The notes below the pieces were generated by a model. That model was not told the origin of the DNA. It did no database searches and worked only from the letters and a program-made list of their open reading frames with translations. The position numbers and the translations under genes were made by a program. Below, piece after piece: positions 41,331 through 56,636 of a stretch of DNA of 64,000 nt; within the stretch, counting starts at the first letter, position 1; every line of letters starts with the position of its first letter. Source of the stretch: Eledone cirrhosa (Eukaryota); assembly GCA_964016885.1 (NCBI GenBank), contig OZ024740.1, positions 111,848,001 to 111,912,000 on the forward strand, in the 5' to 3' direction.

Positions 41331-41920
41331 TATAAGCAAAGAGTTATTTAATTTGTTAGTTATTCAACAAATTCATTTATAACAGATTCGAAGCACTCTA
41401 CAAGATTTCTTCTGGAGTATAATATCAATAATATTAATAAATGGAAATTATCTTTATAAAACCATATTTATTTTATTATACAATTTTTGGTACGCTCTCA
41501 TCAGATAAAATACAAAAGTTGTTTTATAGATAGTGACATATTCAAGAACAAGAAACTATCGTTTTAAGCTCTGTTTGAATAGTGAAAACAATTCAAATCT
41601 TAGGATGAATATGTTAATAAGGGTAGCGTAAAGTTGAAAAAGATCGTTATATTTAGACGCTAGGTAAATTTAAATAGTTATTAGTGTTATTTCTTAGGGG
41701 AAGAAAAGAGAGAGGTTAATATTAGGGTGTAAGAGAATTTAAGGGAAGAATATAAGGAAAAATATATATTATAGTTAGAAATAGACTATTATTATTAATA
41801 TATAAATGTATGGATCATATTAGTTATGGTGTAAAGAGAGTGAAATAATTATATTTATTTATTTAATTATATAATTATATATTTTGCTAGTATTTATAAT
41901 GTAATACGAGAATTATAAAC

Positions 41921-43080
41921 GTAAACTTCCATTCTAACCATCCTAGAAATGTCAAAAATGCTATTGTCAATAGTGTCCAGCAACGAATTTCACGCATTTC
42001 AGCCAATAAAAATATTTTTGATAATAAGGCAGATTATTACAATGATGCTTTACATAGAGCTGGTTCCATGAATAAAATTAAATACTTAGATAACAATAAC
42101 ATGCAAAATCATCCTAAAATTTACTATAATAATAATGATAAGCAATTTAACATAAATAGTAAATCAAGCAAAAGAACTAGAACTAGAAATATTATTTGGT
42201 ACTCTCCCCCAATCTCATTAGAAGTTAAAACATCTGTTGCAAACCTATTTTTCAAAGCATTAGATAAGTGTTTTCCTAAATCCCATAAATACCACTCTAT
42301 TTTTAACAGACATACTATAATACTATCTTACTCTACTACTATGAACATATTAATAGAATTAATAATAGAAACTTAAATTTAAACCCAACCCAAATAAACC
42401 AAAATAACAATATTAATATTACTAATAACAGTATTAATACTAATAATAATCGTAACGTTCCTATAGACAACAACTCTAGAAAATGTAACTGTAGAAACGA
42501 ATTAAATTGCCTTTTACAGAATAATTGTCTAGATATGCACAATAAAAACTAGAGATAAAATATATAACTATATAGGAGCCACTTCTACAAAATTTAAGAA
42601 TCACAAATATACATTTATTAGATCGGACAAAAACATTTCAGCATCACTTTCACATCTAATTTGGTACTTAAAAGACAATAATTGTTTCTACTTTTGGCAC
42701 AAGGCCAGCAATTACCCAGTACATTACTGGTACTTTATTTTATCGACCCCGTATGGATGAAAGGCAAAGTTAACCTCGGCGGGATTTGAACTTAGATCAT
42801 AAAGGGACGTAACTATGCTGGAAAGCATGTCCGACCTTCTACCGATACTGCGAATTCACCGTACTTAAAAGACAATAATATCGACTACTCAATCTCTTGG
42901 GGAAAGATTTCGAAAGCGCCCGCATACCGAAATATGGGTCTCTCAAGAATTTGTCATTTGTGTATTGAGGAAATATTTCATATACTTACCAATCAAAACT
43001 CTATAAATAAAAAGAAAGAATTATTTAATTCTTGCAGACATTGCCAATCTAAGACGTTCAGAAGCATATATAATTTATAG
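41921..43080 (+). pseudogene. PLE ORF remnant: RT thumb, linker, Cys cluster, GIY-YIG (Naiad-like, tentative)
   Basis: HSNHPRNVKNAIV...RISRIS...YYNDALHRAG; RNIIWYSPP...FPKSHKYHSIFNRHT; CNCRNELNCLLQNNCL; YIGATSTKFK; LSHLIWYLK; CHLCIEE; ELFNSCRH. Deletions, frameshift and a SINE insertion. Confidence 0.88.
42683..42860 (-). mobile_element. SINE family A inserted in the GIY-YIG region
   Basis: 19-bp TSD gtacttaaaagacaataat (42664-42682, 42861-42879). Confidence 0.93.
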
Positions 43081-43433
43081 AAAATATTATTTATATCTCA
43101 CTTGTTTACATCTTATATATCTTCCCTTATGTTTTGATGATGTTTTGTGATGTTTTTTTTAATTATATTTTTCTTTTCTTTTTAAATGATATTTTTCTAA
43201 ATGACATCCCTTTTAAATGATTTTCTAAATGATATTTTGAAATATACCTTTTTGTGATGGTTTTAGTGATGTTTCTGAATATACTTTTGGTGCCTGTAAT
43301 ATTTCTTCCTAATAGACAATATAGACATCAATACATATATATGATTAATATCACTAACATATGCATAAATATAAAGAATGTTATCTAAATACATATAGAA
43401 AATAATTTTTGTCTTAGAAAATGTATAATATAT

Positions 43434-43575
43434 AATTGTTTCTATATTAGGCACAAGGCCAGCAATTATCCAGTACATTACTGGTACTTTATTTTATCGA
43501 CCCCCGTAAAGATGAAGGGCAAAGTTAACCTCGGCGGGATTTGAACTCAGATCATAAAGGGACGTAACTCTATGT
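43434..43575 (-). mobile_element. SINE family A, 5'-truncated, in the PLE 3' UTR
   Basis: Reverse-complement consensus match. Confidence 0.88.
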
Positions 43576-44673
43576 GTAAGATCATATATAAAATAATATA
43601 TATTTTTTACATATATTTTACATATATCTTAATTGGAATTTTTTTTTTTTAAAGTAAATTCTAGAATTAATCGGTAAATATAAATATTTTAACTAAGAAA
43701 TATTGGAGTTATCTTTTCCTTTATAATGTAACACGCTTACACATTTCTTCTAAGTAACTTTACAAACTATTAAAATTTATAAAAATATTAAAATTTTGTT
43801 GTATAATTTTTCGTTAACTTCGTAAATTGTAAATGTATTCCTATCTTGATGCAAATATTGAATGTACAAAATAATCTTCTATAATAAAATAGAACTACTT
43901 CCTTTTACTTAAATATATATTGAAAATCTAAACAGGAAATTCATCGTAACTATTCACATATAATAAATATAAATATTTAAATTATCTATCTATTAATAAA
44001 AACATATATACTCACCAAAATTATTTATATGAATATTTATATAAATAACCTGTTGTAATATAATAAAATAAAATATAATTACAACCCTAATTCTTCATAA
44101 AATATACTTATAAATATTATCTCTATAATACCAAAACTCAATATTTGAATAGACCCAATAATTAGTAGTATCTCTCATTTTTTTAATTTGATATTCTACC
44201 ACTTCAACGCATTTATAATTCTCATATTATATTATAAATACTACCAATATATAATATATAATTATATAATTAAATAAATATATAATTATATAATTAAATA
44301 AATATATAATTATATAATTAAATAAATAAATATAATTATTTCTCTCTCTTTACACCATAATAATATGATCCATACATTTATATATTAATAATAATAGTCT
44401 ATTTCTAACTATAATATATATTTTTTCTTATATTCTTCCCTTAAATTCTCTTACACCCCAATATTAACCCCTCTCTCTTCGTCCCTTAAAAAATAACAAT
44501 AATAACTATTTAAATTTACCTAGCGTCTAAATATAACGATCTTTTTCAACTTTACGCTACCCTCATTAACATATTCATCCTAAGATTTGAATTTTTTTCA
44601 CTATTCAAACTGAACTTAAAACGATAGTTTCTTGTTGTTCTTGAATATGTCACTATCTATAAAACAACTTTTC

Positions 44674-44736
44674 TATTTTATCTGATGAGAGCGTACCAAA
44701 AAATGTTGGTACCCTTGAAATATATATAATAAAATA
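44674..44736 (+). ncRNA. Minimal type I hammerhead ribozyme in the PLE terminal repeat
   Basis: TATTTTAT CTGATGA gagcgtaccaa aaaatg ttggtaccctt GAAA TATATA TA/ ATAAAATA. Perfect 8-bp stem I; predicted cut after 44728. Confidence 0.9.
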
Positions 44737-44803
44737 AATATGGTTTTATAAAGATAATTTCCATTTATTAATATTATTTTTATATAAATATATATATATA
44801 TAA

Positions 44804-44877
<74 letters not shown>

Positions 44878-44950
44878 CAAATGGATCGAATATTATTATT
44901 AATATTCGAAAAACTCAGATTACATATATATATATATACATATATATATA

Positions 44951-45024
<74 letters not shown>

Positions 45025-45027
<3 letters not shown>

Positions 45028-45295
45028 CACAGACTACTTGTGAAAGCAATGTGCACGTGGCTGAATATTCCACAGAGATTTGTACACTTAACGTAGTTCT
45101 CAGAAAGATTTAGCGCGACAAAGGCTGGCTCTTTCAATTACAAGTACAACTTATTTTTGCCTGTTGAGTCGACTAGAACAAAGTAAAATATAGTGTCTTG
45201 CTTAAGGAGAAACCGCACCGCCAGGAATCGAACTCACAAACTCATGATCCTGAGTCGAGTATGAGGAGCCTAATGGGTAAGTCACGTGCCTTCAC
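45025..45295 (-). mobile_element. SINE family B
   Basis: Minus strand has B-box gagttcgattcc followed by CORE-like ccttaagcaagacact; (CA)n tail. Confidence 0.7.
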
Positions 45296-45859
45296 TTCTA
45301 GATGTATGAAGCACATACAATTTCTGATTACAACCTGAAGACGACGAAACGATACTAGATTTGTACCGCGTAAAAGGTTAAATTTATTCAAGTTCCATAT
45401 TATGTCATTATGGTCTTGAATGCAAAGGTTTCTAGAATTGTCAAGATAACTATGTCATTGTTGTCATTCAGAGTATTTAAATCTGCCCTCTATGGTAATA
45501 TTAGGGTTCCTATCATTAAAACACACGAGAAACTTCCTATAAAGTGTAACATCGCAGGATGCTAATTACACCTACTTAGGCGTGGGTTATATATTTCATT
45601 GAATCTATCATGCCGTAATCTTTTGGTAAAAGCGTTCAGAATAAAGCAATGGTGCAAGATTCTATCAAGCTAATAGAGGTTACCAGATTTATTTGGATGC
45701 ATATGGATAATTTCAGATTCGCATATACACCACTAACACCACTACCATAAATATCCCTAGCACAATAACTACTACCATCACAGCCACCACCTCCTACACC
45801 ACTACCGTCATTATCTACCAACATTATTACCACCAACATCACGAAAACGAATACCACAG

Positions 45860-46152
45860 CCACCAACACCACTACCACCATTATCCCCATCCCCATCAAA
45901 GCCACTACCACCAACACCATTATCACCATCCCCATCAAAGCCACTACCACCAACACCATTATCACCATCCCCATCAAAGCCACTACCACCAACACCATTA
46001 TCACCAACCCCATCAAAGCCACTACCACCAACACCATTATCACCATCCCTATCAAAGCTACTACCACCAACACCATTATCACCATCCCTATCAAAGCTAC
46101 TACCACCAACACCATTATCACCATCCCCATCAAAGCCACTACCACCAACACC
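45860..46152 (+). repeat. 39-bp minisatellite (~7 units)
   Basis: Unit ccaccaacaccattatcaccatccccatcaaagccacta. Confidence 0.9.
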
Positions 46153-46949
46153 ACCGCCACTATCTCCACCAAAACCACTACTGATACACACACACGTCAA
46201 ACCAAATACAATCGTCAACCTTAGTAGACAACAAACAACCCAGTACAAATTCAAACACACATATACAGCACAAACACAAAACATAGAACAAACACATATA
46301 CACCCTCTCACCTTACACATAACAGACAAACACAGAAACACAATCACAAAAGCGCACGCATATACACATCTCCCGTCACATCACAGACTACATCAGATCA
46401 AACTTCGCACACGACACCCACATTTACACACATAAGCATACAACACACACACACCTACAAACATATGCACACACACTCAGACGAAATATCCACTAACACA
46501 GAACCAAACAGACGACAACACATAATCACATAAGCACACACTCAAACACACATACATACACAGGCAATACATATGCACATCTCCTGCAACATCACACCAG
46601 ATCACACTTCACAGACGGCGTCCACACACACATGTAATCATGAACACACACACAGAGTAAGTATTATCCACCACCACAGACACTACAACCGCCCACCTTT
46701 CTCCTAGTGGCCAATGGCGCAGAATGAGAATTTGGTTGAGAGTCAATTCCTAATTGGTTTATATCAAACAAGACACGGTCTTCCCTCACAGACACAACAA
46801 ACTCAATTGATAACCTCACCAACACCGTCATCAACACCACCGTCTCTACCAACGCTGCCATTCCCACCACAAATTCTACCACTTACACAAATACCACCAG
46901 TAACAACTGCAACACAAACACCACCATCGACAACCACACAAACACCACC

Positions 46950-49900
46950 ATCAACAGCAACACTACCAACAACAACAACAGCACTACCACCACCAACAAC
47001 AACACTACCACCAACAACAACACTACCACCAACAACAACACCACTACCACCACCAACAACAACACTACCACCAACAACAATAACACTACCACCACCAACA
47101 ACAACACTACCACCAACAACAACACTACCACAATCGACAACAACACTACCACCACCAACAACAACACTACCACCAACAACAATAACACTACCACCACCAA
47201 CAACAACACTACCACCAACAACAACACTACCACCAACAACAACACCACTACCACCACCAACAACAACACTACCACCAACAACAATAACACTACCACCACC
47301 AACAACAACACTACCACCAACAACAACACTACCACAATCGACAACAACACTACCACCACCAACAACAACACTACCACCAACAACAATAACACTACCACCA
47401 CCAACAACAACACTACCACCAACAACAACACTACCACAATCGACAACAACACTACCACCACCAACAACAACACTACCACCACCAACAATAACACTACCGC
47501 CACTAACAACAATACTACCACCACCACCAACAACACTACCACCACCAACAACAACACTACCACCACCAACAACAACACTACCACCAGCAACAACAACACT
47601 AACACCAACAACAACAACACTACCACCAACAACAACAACACTACCACCACCAACAACAATACCACCAACAACAACACTACCACCAACAACAACAACATTA
47701 GCTACCACCAACACTAACACCAACAACAACAACACTACCACCATCAACAACAACACTACCACCACCAACAACAACAATACCACCAACAACAACACTACTA
47801 CCACCACCAACAGCAACACTACCACCAACAACAACAACACTACCACCATCAACAACAACACTACCACCAACAACAACACTACCACCAACAACAACACTAC
47901 CACCATCGACAACAACACTACCACCACCAACAACAACACTACCACCACCAACAACAACACTACCGCCACCAACAACAACACTACCACCAACAACAACAAC
48001 ACTACCACCAACAACAACAACACTACCACCATCAACAACAACACTACCACCAACAACAACAATAACACTACCACCAACAACAACAACACTACCACCACCA
48101 ACAACAACACTACCACCAACAACAACAACACTACCAGCAACAACAACAACACTACCACCACCACCAACAACACTACCACCACCAACAACAACACTACCAC
48201 CAACAACAACAACACTACCACTACCAACAACAACACTACCATCAACAACAACAACACTACCAGCAACAACAACAACACTACCACCAGCAACAACAACACT
48301 ACCACCACCACCAACAACACTACCACCAACAACAACAACACTAACACCACCAACAACAACACTACCACCAACAACAACACTACTACCACCACCAACAATA
48401 ACACTACCTCCAACAACAACAACACTACCACCACCAACAACACTACCACCAACAACAACACTACCACCAACAACAACAACACCACCACCACCAAGAACAA
48501 CACTACCAACAACAACAACACTACCAACAACAACAACAACACTACCAACAACAACAACAACACTACCACCATCAACAACAACACTACCACCAACAACAAC
48601 AACACTACCACCACCAACAACAATACTACCACCAACAACAATACTACCACCAACAACAACAACACTACCACCACCAACAACAGCACTACCACCATCAACA
48701 ACAACACTAGCTACCACCAACACTACCACCACCACCAACAACACTACCACCACCAACAACAACACTACCACCAACAACAACAACACTACCAACAACAACA
48801 ACAACACTACCACCAACAACAACAACACTACCACCAACAACAACAACACTACCACCACCAACAACAATACTACCACCACCAACACTACCACCACCACCAA
48901 CAACACTACCACCACCAACAACAACACTACCACCAACAACAACAACACTACCACCACCAACAACAACACTACCACCAACAACAACAACACTACCACCACC
49001 AACAACAACACTACCACCACCAACAACAACACTACCAACAACAACAACAACACTACCACCAACAACAACAACACTACCACCACCAACAACAACACCACCA
49101 CCAACAACAAAACTACCACCAACAACAACAACACTACCACCACGAACAACACTACCACCACCAACAACACTACCACCACCAACAACAACACTACCACCAC
49201 CAACAACAACACTACCACCACCACCAACAACACTACCACCAACAACAACAACACTACCACCACCAACAACACTACCACCACCAACAACACTACCACCACC
49301 AACAACAACACTACCACCAACAACAACAACACTACCACCACCACCAACAACACTATCACCAACAACAACAACACTACCACCAACAACAACAACACAACCA
49401 CCAACAACAACCACCACCAACAACAACACTACCACCAACAACAACAACACTACCACCACCAACAACAACACAACCACCAACAACAACCACCACCAACAAC
49501 AACACAACCACCAACAACACTACCACCACCACCAACAACATTACCACCACCCCCAACAACAACACCACCACCAACAACAGCACTACCACCAACAACAACA
49601 CTACCACCACCAACAACAGCACTACCACCAACAACAACAACACTAACACCAACAACAACAACACTACCAACCACCAACAACAACACTACCACCAACAACA
49701 ACAACACTACAACCACCAACAACAACCACCACCAACAACAACAACACTACCACCAACAACAACAAAACTACCACCACCAACAACAACCACCACCAACAAC
49801 AACAACACTACCACCACCAACAACAACCACCACCAACAACAACAACACTACCACCACCAACAACAACACTACCACCACCCCCAACAACAACACCACCACC

Positions 49901-52900
49901 AACAACAGCACTACCACCAACAACAACAACACTAACACCAACAACAACAACAATACCACCACCAACAACAACACTACCACCAACAACAACAACACTACAA
50001 CCACCAACAACAACCACCACCAACAACAACAACACTACCACCACCACCAACAACACTACCACCACCAACAACAACACTACCACCAACAACAACAACACTA
50101 CCACCACCAACAACAACAATACTACCACCAACAACAACAACACTACCACCAACAACAACAACAACACTACCACCAACAACAACAACACTACCACCAACAA
50201 CAACAACACTACCACCAACAACAACACTAGCACCAACAACAACAATACTACCACCACCAACAACAACAATACTACCACCACCAACAACACAATCATCAAC
50301 AACAACAACACTACCACCAACAACAACACAACCACCAACAACAACCACCACCAACAACAACACTACCACCAACAACAACACTACCAACAACAACAACACA
50401 ACCACCAACAACAACCACCACCAACAACAACACTACCACCAACAACAACACTACCACCAACAACAACACTACCACCAACAACAACACTACCAACAACAAC
50501 AACCCTACCATCAACAACAACAACACTACCACCAACAACAACAACACTACCATCAACAACAACACTACCACCACCAACAACAACACAACCACCAACAACA
50601 ACCACCACCAACAACAACAACACTACCACCAACAACAACACTAGCACCAACAACAACAACACTACCACCACCAACAACAACACAACCACCAACAACAACC
50701 ACCACCAACAACAACAACACTACCACCAACAACAACACTAGCACCAACAACAACAACACTACCACCACCAACAATAACACTACCGCCACTAACAACAATA
50801 CTACCACCACCACCAACAACACTACCACCACCAACAACAACACTACCACCACCAACAACAACACTACCACCAGCAACAACAACACTAACACCAACAACAA
50901 CAACACTACCACCAACAACAACAACACTACCACCACCAACAACAATACCACCAACAACAACACTACCACCAACAACAACAACATTAGCTACCACCAACAC
51001 TAACACCAACAACAACAACACTACCACCATCAACAACAACACTACCACCACCAACAACAACAATACCACCAACAACAACACTACTACCACCACCAACAGC
51101 AACACTACCACCAACAACAACAACACTACCACCATCAACAACAACACTACCACCAACAACAACACTACCACCAACAACAACACTACCACCATCGACAACA
51201 ACACTACCACCACCAACAACAACACTACCACCACCAACAACAACACTACCGCCACCAACAACAACACTACCACCAACAACAACAACACTACCACCAACAA
51301 CAACAACACTACCACCATCAACAACAACACTACCACCAACAACAACAATAACACTACCACCAACAACAACAACACTACCACCACCAACAACAACACTACC
51401 ACCAACAACAACAACACTACCAGCAACAACAACAACACTACCACCACCACCAACAACACTACCACCACCAACAACAACACTACCACCAACAACAACAACA
51501 CTACCACTACCAACAACAACACTACCATCAACAACAACAACACTACCAGCAACAACAACAACACTACCACCAGCAACAACAACACTACCACCACCACCAA
51601 CAACACTACCACCAACAACAACAACACTAACACCACCAACAACAACACTACCACCAACAACAACACTACTACCACCACCAACAATAACACTACCTCCAAC
51701 AACAACAACACTACCACCACCAACAACACTACCACCAACAACAACACTACCACCAACAACAACAACACCACCACCACCAAGAACAACACTACCAACAACA
51801 ACAACACTACCAACAACAACAACAACACTACCAACAACAACAACAACACTACCACCATCAACAACAACACTACCACCAACAACAACAACACTACCACCAC
51901 CAACAACAATACTACCACCAACAACAATACTACCACCAACAACAACAACACTACCACCACCAACAACAGCACTACCACCATCAACAACAACACTAGCTAC
52001 CACCAACACTACCACCACCACCAACAACACTACCACCACCAACAACAACACTACCACCAACAACAACAACACTACCAACAACAACAACAACACTACCACC
52101 AACAACAACAACACTACCACCAACAACAACAACACTACCACCACCAACAACAATACTACCACCACCAACACTACCACCACCACCAACAACACTACCACCA
52201 CCAACAACAACACTACCACCAACAACAACAACACTACCACCACCAACAACAACACTACCACCAACAACAACAACACTACCACCACCAACAACAACACTAC
52301 CACCACCAACAACAACACTACCAACAACAACAACAACACTACCACCAACAACAACAACACTACCACCACCAACAACAACACCACCACCAACAACAAAACT
52401 ACCACCAACAACAACAACACTACCACCACGAACAACACTACCACCACCAACAACACTACCACCACCAACAACAACACTACCACCACCAACAACAACACTA
52501 CCACCACCACCAACAACACTACCACCAACAACAACAACACTACCACCACCAACAACACTACCACCACCAACAACACTACCACCACCAACAACAACACTAC
52601 CACCAACAACAACAACACTACCACCACCACCAACAACACTATCACCAACAACAACAACACTACCACCAACAACAACAACACAACCACCAACAACAACCAC
52701 CACCAACAACAACACTACCACCAACAACAACAACACTACCACCACCAACAACAACACAACCACCAACAACAACCACCACCAACAACAACACAACCACCAA
52801 CAACACTACCACCACCACCAACAACATTACCACCACCCCCAACAACAACACCACCACCAACAACAGCACTACCACCAACAACAACACTACCACCACCAAC

Positions 52901-55290
52901 AACAGCACTACCACCAACAACAACAACACTAACACCAACAACAACAACACTACCAACCACCAACAACAACACTACCACCAACAACAACAACACTACAACC
53001 ACCAACAACAACCACCACCAACAACAACAACACTACCACCAACAACAACAAAACTACCACCACCAACAACAACCACCACCAACAACAACAACACTACCAC
53101 CACCAACAACAACCACCACCAACAACAACAACACTACCACCACCAACAACAACACTACCACCACCCCCAACAACAACACCACCACCAACAACAGCACTAC
53201 CACCAACAACAACAACACTAACACCAACAACAACAACAATACCACCACCAACAACAACACTACCACCAACAACAACAACACTACAACCACCAACAACAAC
53301 CACCACCAACAACAACAACACTACCACCACCACCAACAACACTACCACCACCAACAACAACACTACCACCAACAACAACAACACTACCACCACCAACAAC
53401 AACAATACTACCACCAACAACAACAACACTACCACCAACAACAACAACAACACTACCACCAACAACAACAACACTACCACCAACAACAACAACACTACCA
53501 CCAACAACAACACTAGCACCAACAACAACAATACTACCACCACCAACAACAACAATACTACCACCACCAACAACACAATCATCAACAACAACAACACTAC
53601 CACCAACAACAACACAACCACCAACAACAACCACCACCAACAACAACACTACCACCAACAACAACACTACCAACAACAACAACACAACCACCAACAACAA
53701 CCACCACCAACAACAACACTACCACCAACAACAACACTACCACCAACAACAACACTACCACCAACAACAACACTACCAACAACAACAACCCTACCATCAA
53801 CAACAACAACACTACCACCAACAACAACAACACTACCATCAACAACAACACTACCACCACCAACAACAACACAACCACCAACAACAACCACCACCAACAA
53901 CAACAACACTACCACCAACAACAACACTAGCACCAACAACAACAATACTACCACCACCAACAACAACAACAACACCCCCACCAACAACAACACTACCAAC
54001 AACAACAACACTACCACCAACAACAACAACACTACCACCAACAACAACAACACTACCACCACCAACAACAACACTACCAACAACAACAACACTACCAGCA
54101 CCAACAACAACAACACTACCACCACCAACAACAACAACAACAACACTACCACCAACAACAACAACACTACCACCAACAACAACAACACTACCACCAACAA
54201 CAACAACACCACCACCAACAACAACACTACCACCACCAACAACAACACTACCACCAACAACAACACTACCACCACCAACAACAACACTACCACCACCAAC
54301 AACAACACTACCACCACCAACAACAACACTACCACCAACAACAACACTACCAACAACAACAACAACACTACCACCACCAACAACAACACTACCACCAACA
54401 ACAACAACACTACCAGCAACAACAACAACACGACCACCAACAACAACACTACCATCAACAACAACAACACTACCAGCAACAACAACGACACTACCATCAA
54501 CAACAACAACACTACCCCCACCACCAACAACACTACCACCACCAACAATAACAACACTACCACCAACAACAACAAAACTACCACCAACAACAACAACAAC
54601 ACTACCACCACCAACAACACTACCACCACCAACAACCACCACCAACAACAACACTACCACCAACAACAACCACCACCAACAACAACACTACCACCAACAA
54701 CAACACTACCACCAACAACAACAACACTACCACCAACAACAACACCACCACCAACAACAACAAAACTACCACCACCAACAACAACAACACTACCACCAAC
54801 AACAACAATACTACCACCACCAACACAATCACCAACAACAACAACACTACCACCAACAACAACACAACCACCAACAACAACCACCACCAACAACAACACT
54901 ACCACCAACAACAACACTACCACCAACAACAATACTACCACCAACAATACTACCACCAACAACAACACCACCACCAACAATACTACCACCACCAACAACA
55001 CAACCACCAACAACAACAACACTACCACCAAACACCAACAACACTACCACCACCAACAACAACAAAACTACCACCACCAACAACAAGAACACTACCACCA
55101 ACAACAACACAACCACCAACAACAACAACACTACCACCAACAACAATACTACCACCAACAATACTACCACCAACAACAACACCACCACCAACAATACTAC
55201 CACCAACAACAACACAACCACCAACAACAACAACACTACCACCAACCACCAACAACAACACCACCACCAACAACAACACAACCACCAACA
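46950..55290 (+). repeat. ~8.3-kb (CCA)m(ACA)n CTA compound satellite with a 3286-bp internal tandem duplication
   Basis: Units like ctaccaccaacaacaaca. Identical ORF pairs are offset by 3286 (47698/50984, 48707/51993). Confidence 0.95.
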
Positions 55291-55377
55291 ATATTAACAC
55301 TAATACCACTAACATAACCAATACCATCATCAACACTACGACCACTACTAATACAGCTTTATCACTTATACTAAATG

Positions 55378-55564
55378 GACGGTGGATTGTAAGTATCGGT
55401 AGAGGGTCAGACGCCATGCTTTGACGTATACAGTTACGGCCCTTGCCATTCTGAGTTCAAATCCCACCGAGGTTAACTTTGCCTTTCATCCTTACGGGGT
55501 TTATACAATAAAGTACCAGTAATACACTAGGGAATAGCTGGCCTTGTGCCAAAAGTCGAATCAA
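55378..55564 (+). mobile_element. Full-length SINE family A
   Basis: Consensus match; TSD ttatcact(t/a)atacta 55359-55373 / 55565-55579. Confidence 0.9.
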
Positions 55565-55835
55565 TTATCACTAATACTATCACCATAATCATCATTACTA
55601 TTACTTTTAGTATTTAAAACATTATTAGAAAGATATTTAAAACACTACTACAAAGCCCAGCACTCCACCGATCACAGACACTAACATATCAATCACCTCC
55701 CTCCATCATCACTACCAACCTCACCAACGCAACATTCATGTTTTCCTCCATCACCACTACTATGACTTCCATTACCATAACCACTACTAAATTTGTTATA
55801 ACAAACAACAACCACCACTACACAGTTACTATCGT

Positions 55836-56020
55836 TGTGGATTGGCAGTATCGATAAAGGGTCAGACGCCATGCGTTGACGCTTTGAGTTACGGCCCTTG
55901 CCATTCTGAGTTCAAATGCCGCTGAGCTTAACTTTGCCTTTCATCCCTACGGGGTCGATAAAATAAAGTACCAGTAATACACCAGTAATACGCTGGCCTT
56001 GTGCCAAAAGTAGAAACAGT
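55836..56020 (+). mobile_element. Full-length SINE family A
   Basis: Consensus match. Confidence 0.9.
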
Positions 56021-56636
56021 TATATCAATACCAATAGTAACATACTGGTGACATCATGACTATAACAACCAGCAAATACTATTGACATGTATTTAATTTA
56101 CGATATCCTCTCCTACACAATCTACACTCCCGTGCCACCATCTACTCCCCCACCACCAACATCATCTACTTCCTCACCATCACCACCACCGTCTACTCTC
56201 CTCCCCACCACCGTCTACACTCCCCCACCACCACCTACTCCTCTCCCTCACCATCTACTCTTTTTCCCTATATCTTTCCTTCCCCCACATTGTAACCTAT
56301 ACTAATTACTATTAGCAAACACATATCATCATCATCCGAAACCCAACCAACGTTGCCTCCACAAATACTACTACTACCACCACTATCACTAAAGTACCAG
56401 TAATGTACTGATGGTATGGCTGACCTGGTACCAAAAGTAGAAACAATTATTACCACTAAAACCATTTTACCAGCATCATCAGCATCATCATCACTAATAC
56501 TATAACAATCATCATCGTTCTTTCTACCACAACCATCATCATCAACACAAATCTACCTTTACTACTACTATCATCATCATCTTTAACATCGTCATCATTA
56601 TCACCACTACAGGCAATAACACCTACCACTGCCACA

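Larger units (their letters stand above)
41330..44778 (+). mobile_element. Penelope-like element, 5'-truncated, with inverted terminal repeat
   Basis: 41427-41919 is an inverted copy of 44212-44778; extension 41330-41426; internal RT-thumb/GIY-YIG remnant; (TA)n on both sides. Confidence 0.92.

Noticed and set aside
46714-49935. 1073-aa mucin-like ORF
   Set aside because: The C/A-rich triplet satellite rarely forms stops. The translation drifts between PT-, NT- and QH-rich registers, with no signal peptide or folded domain.
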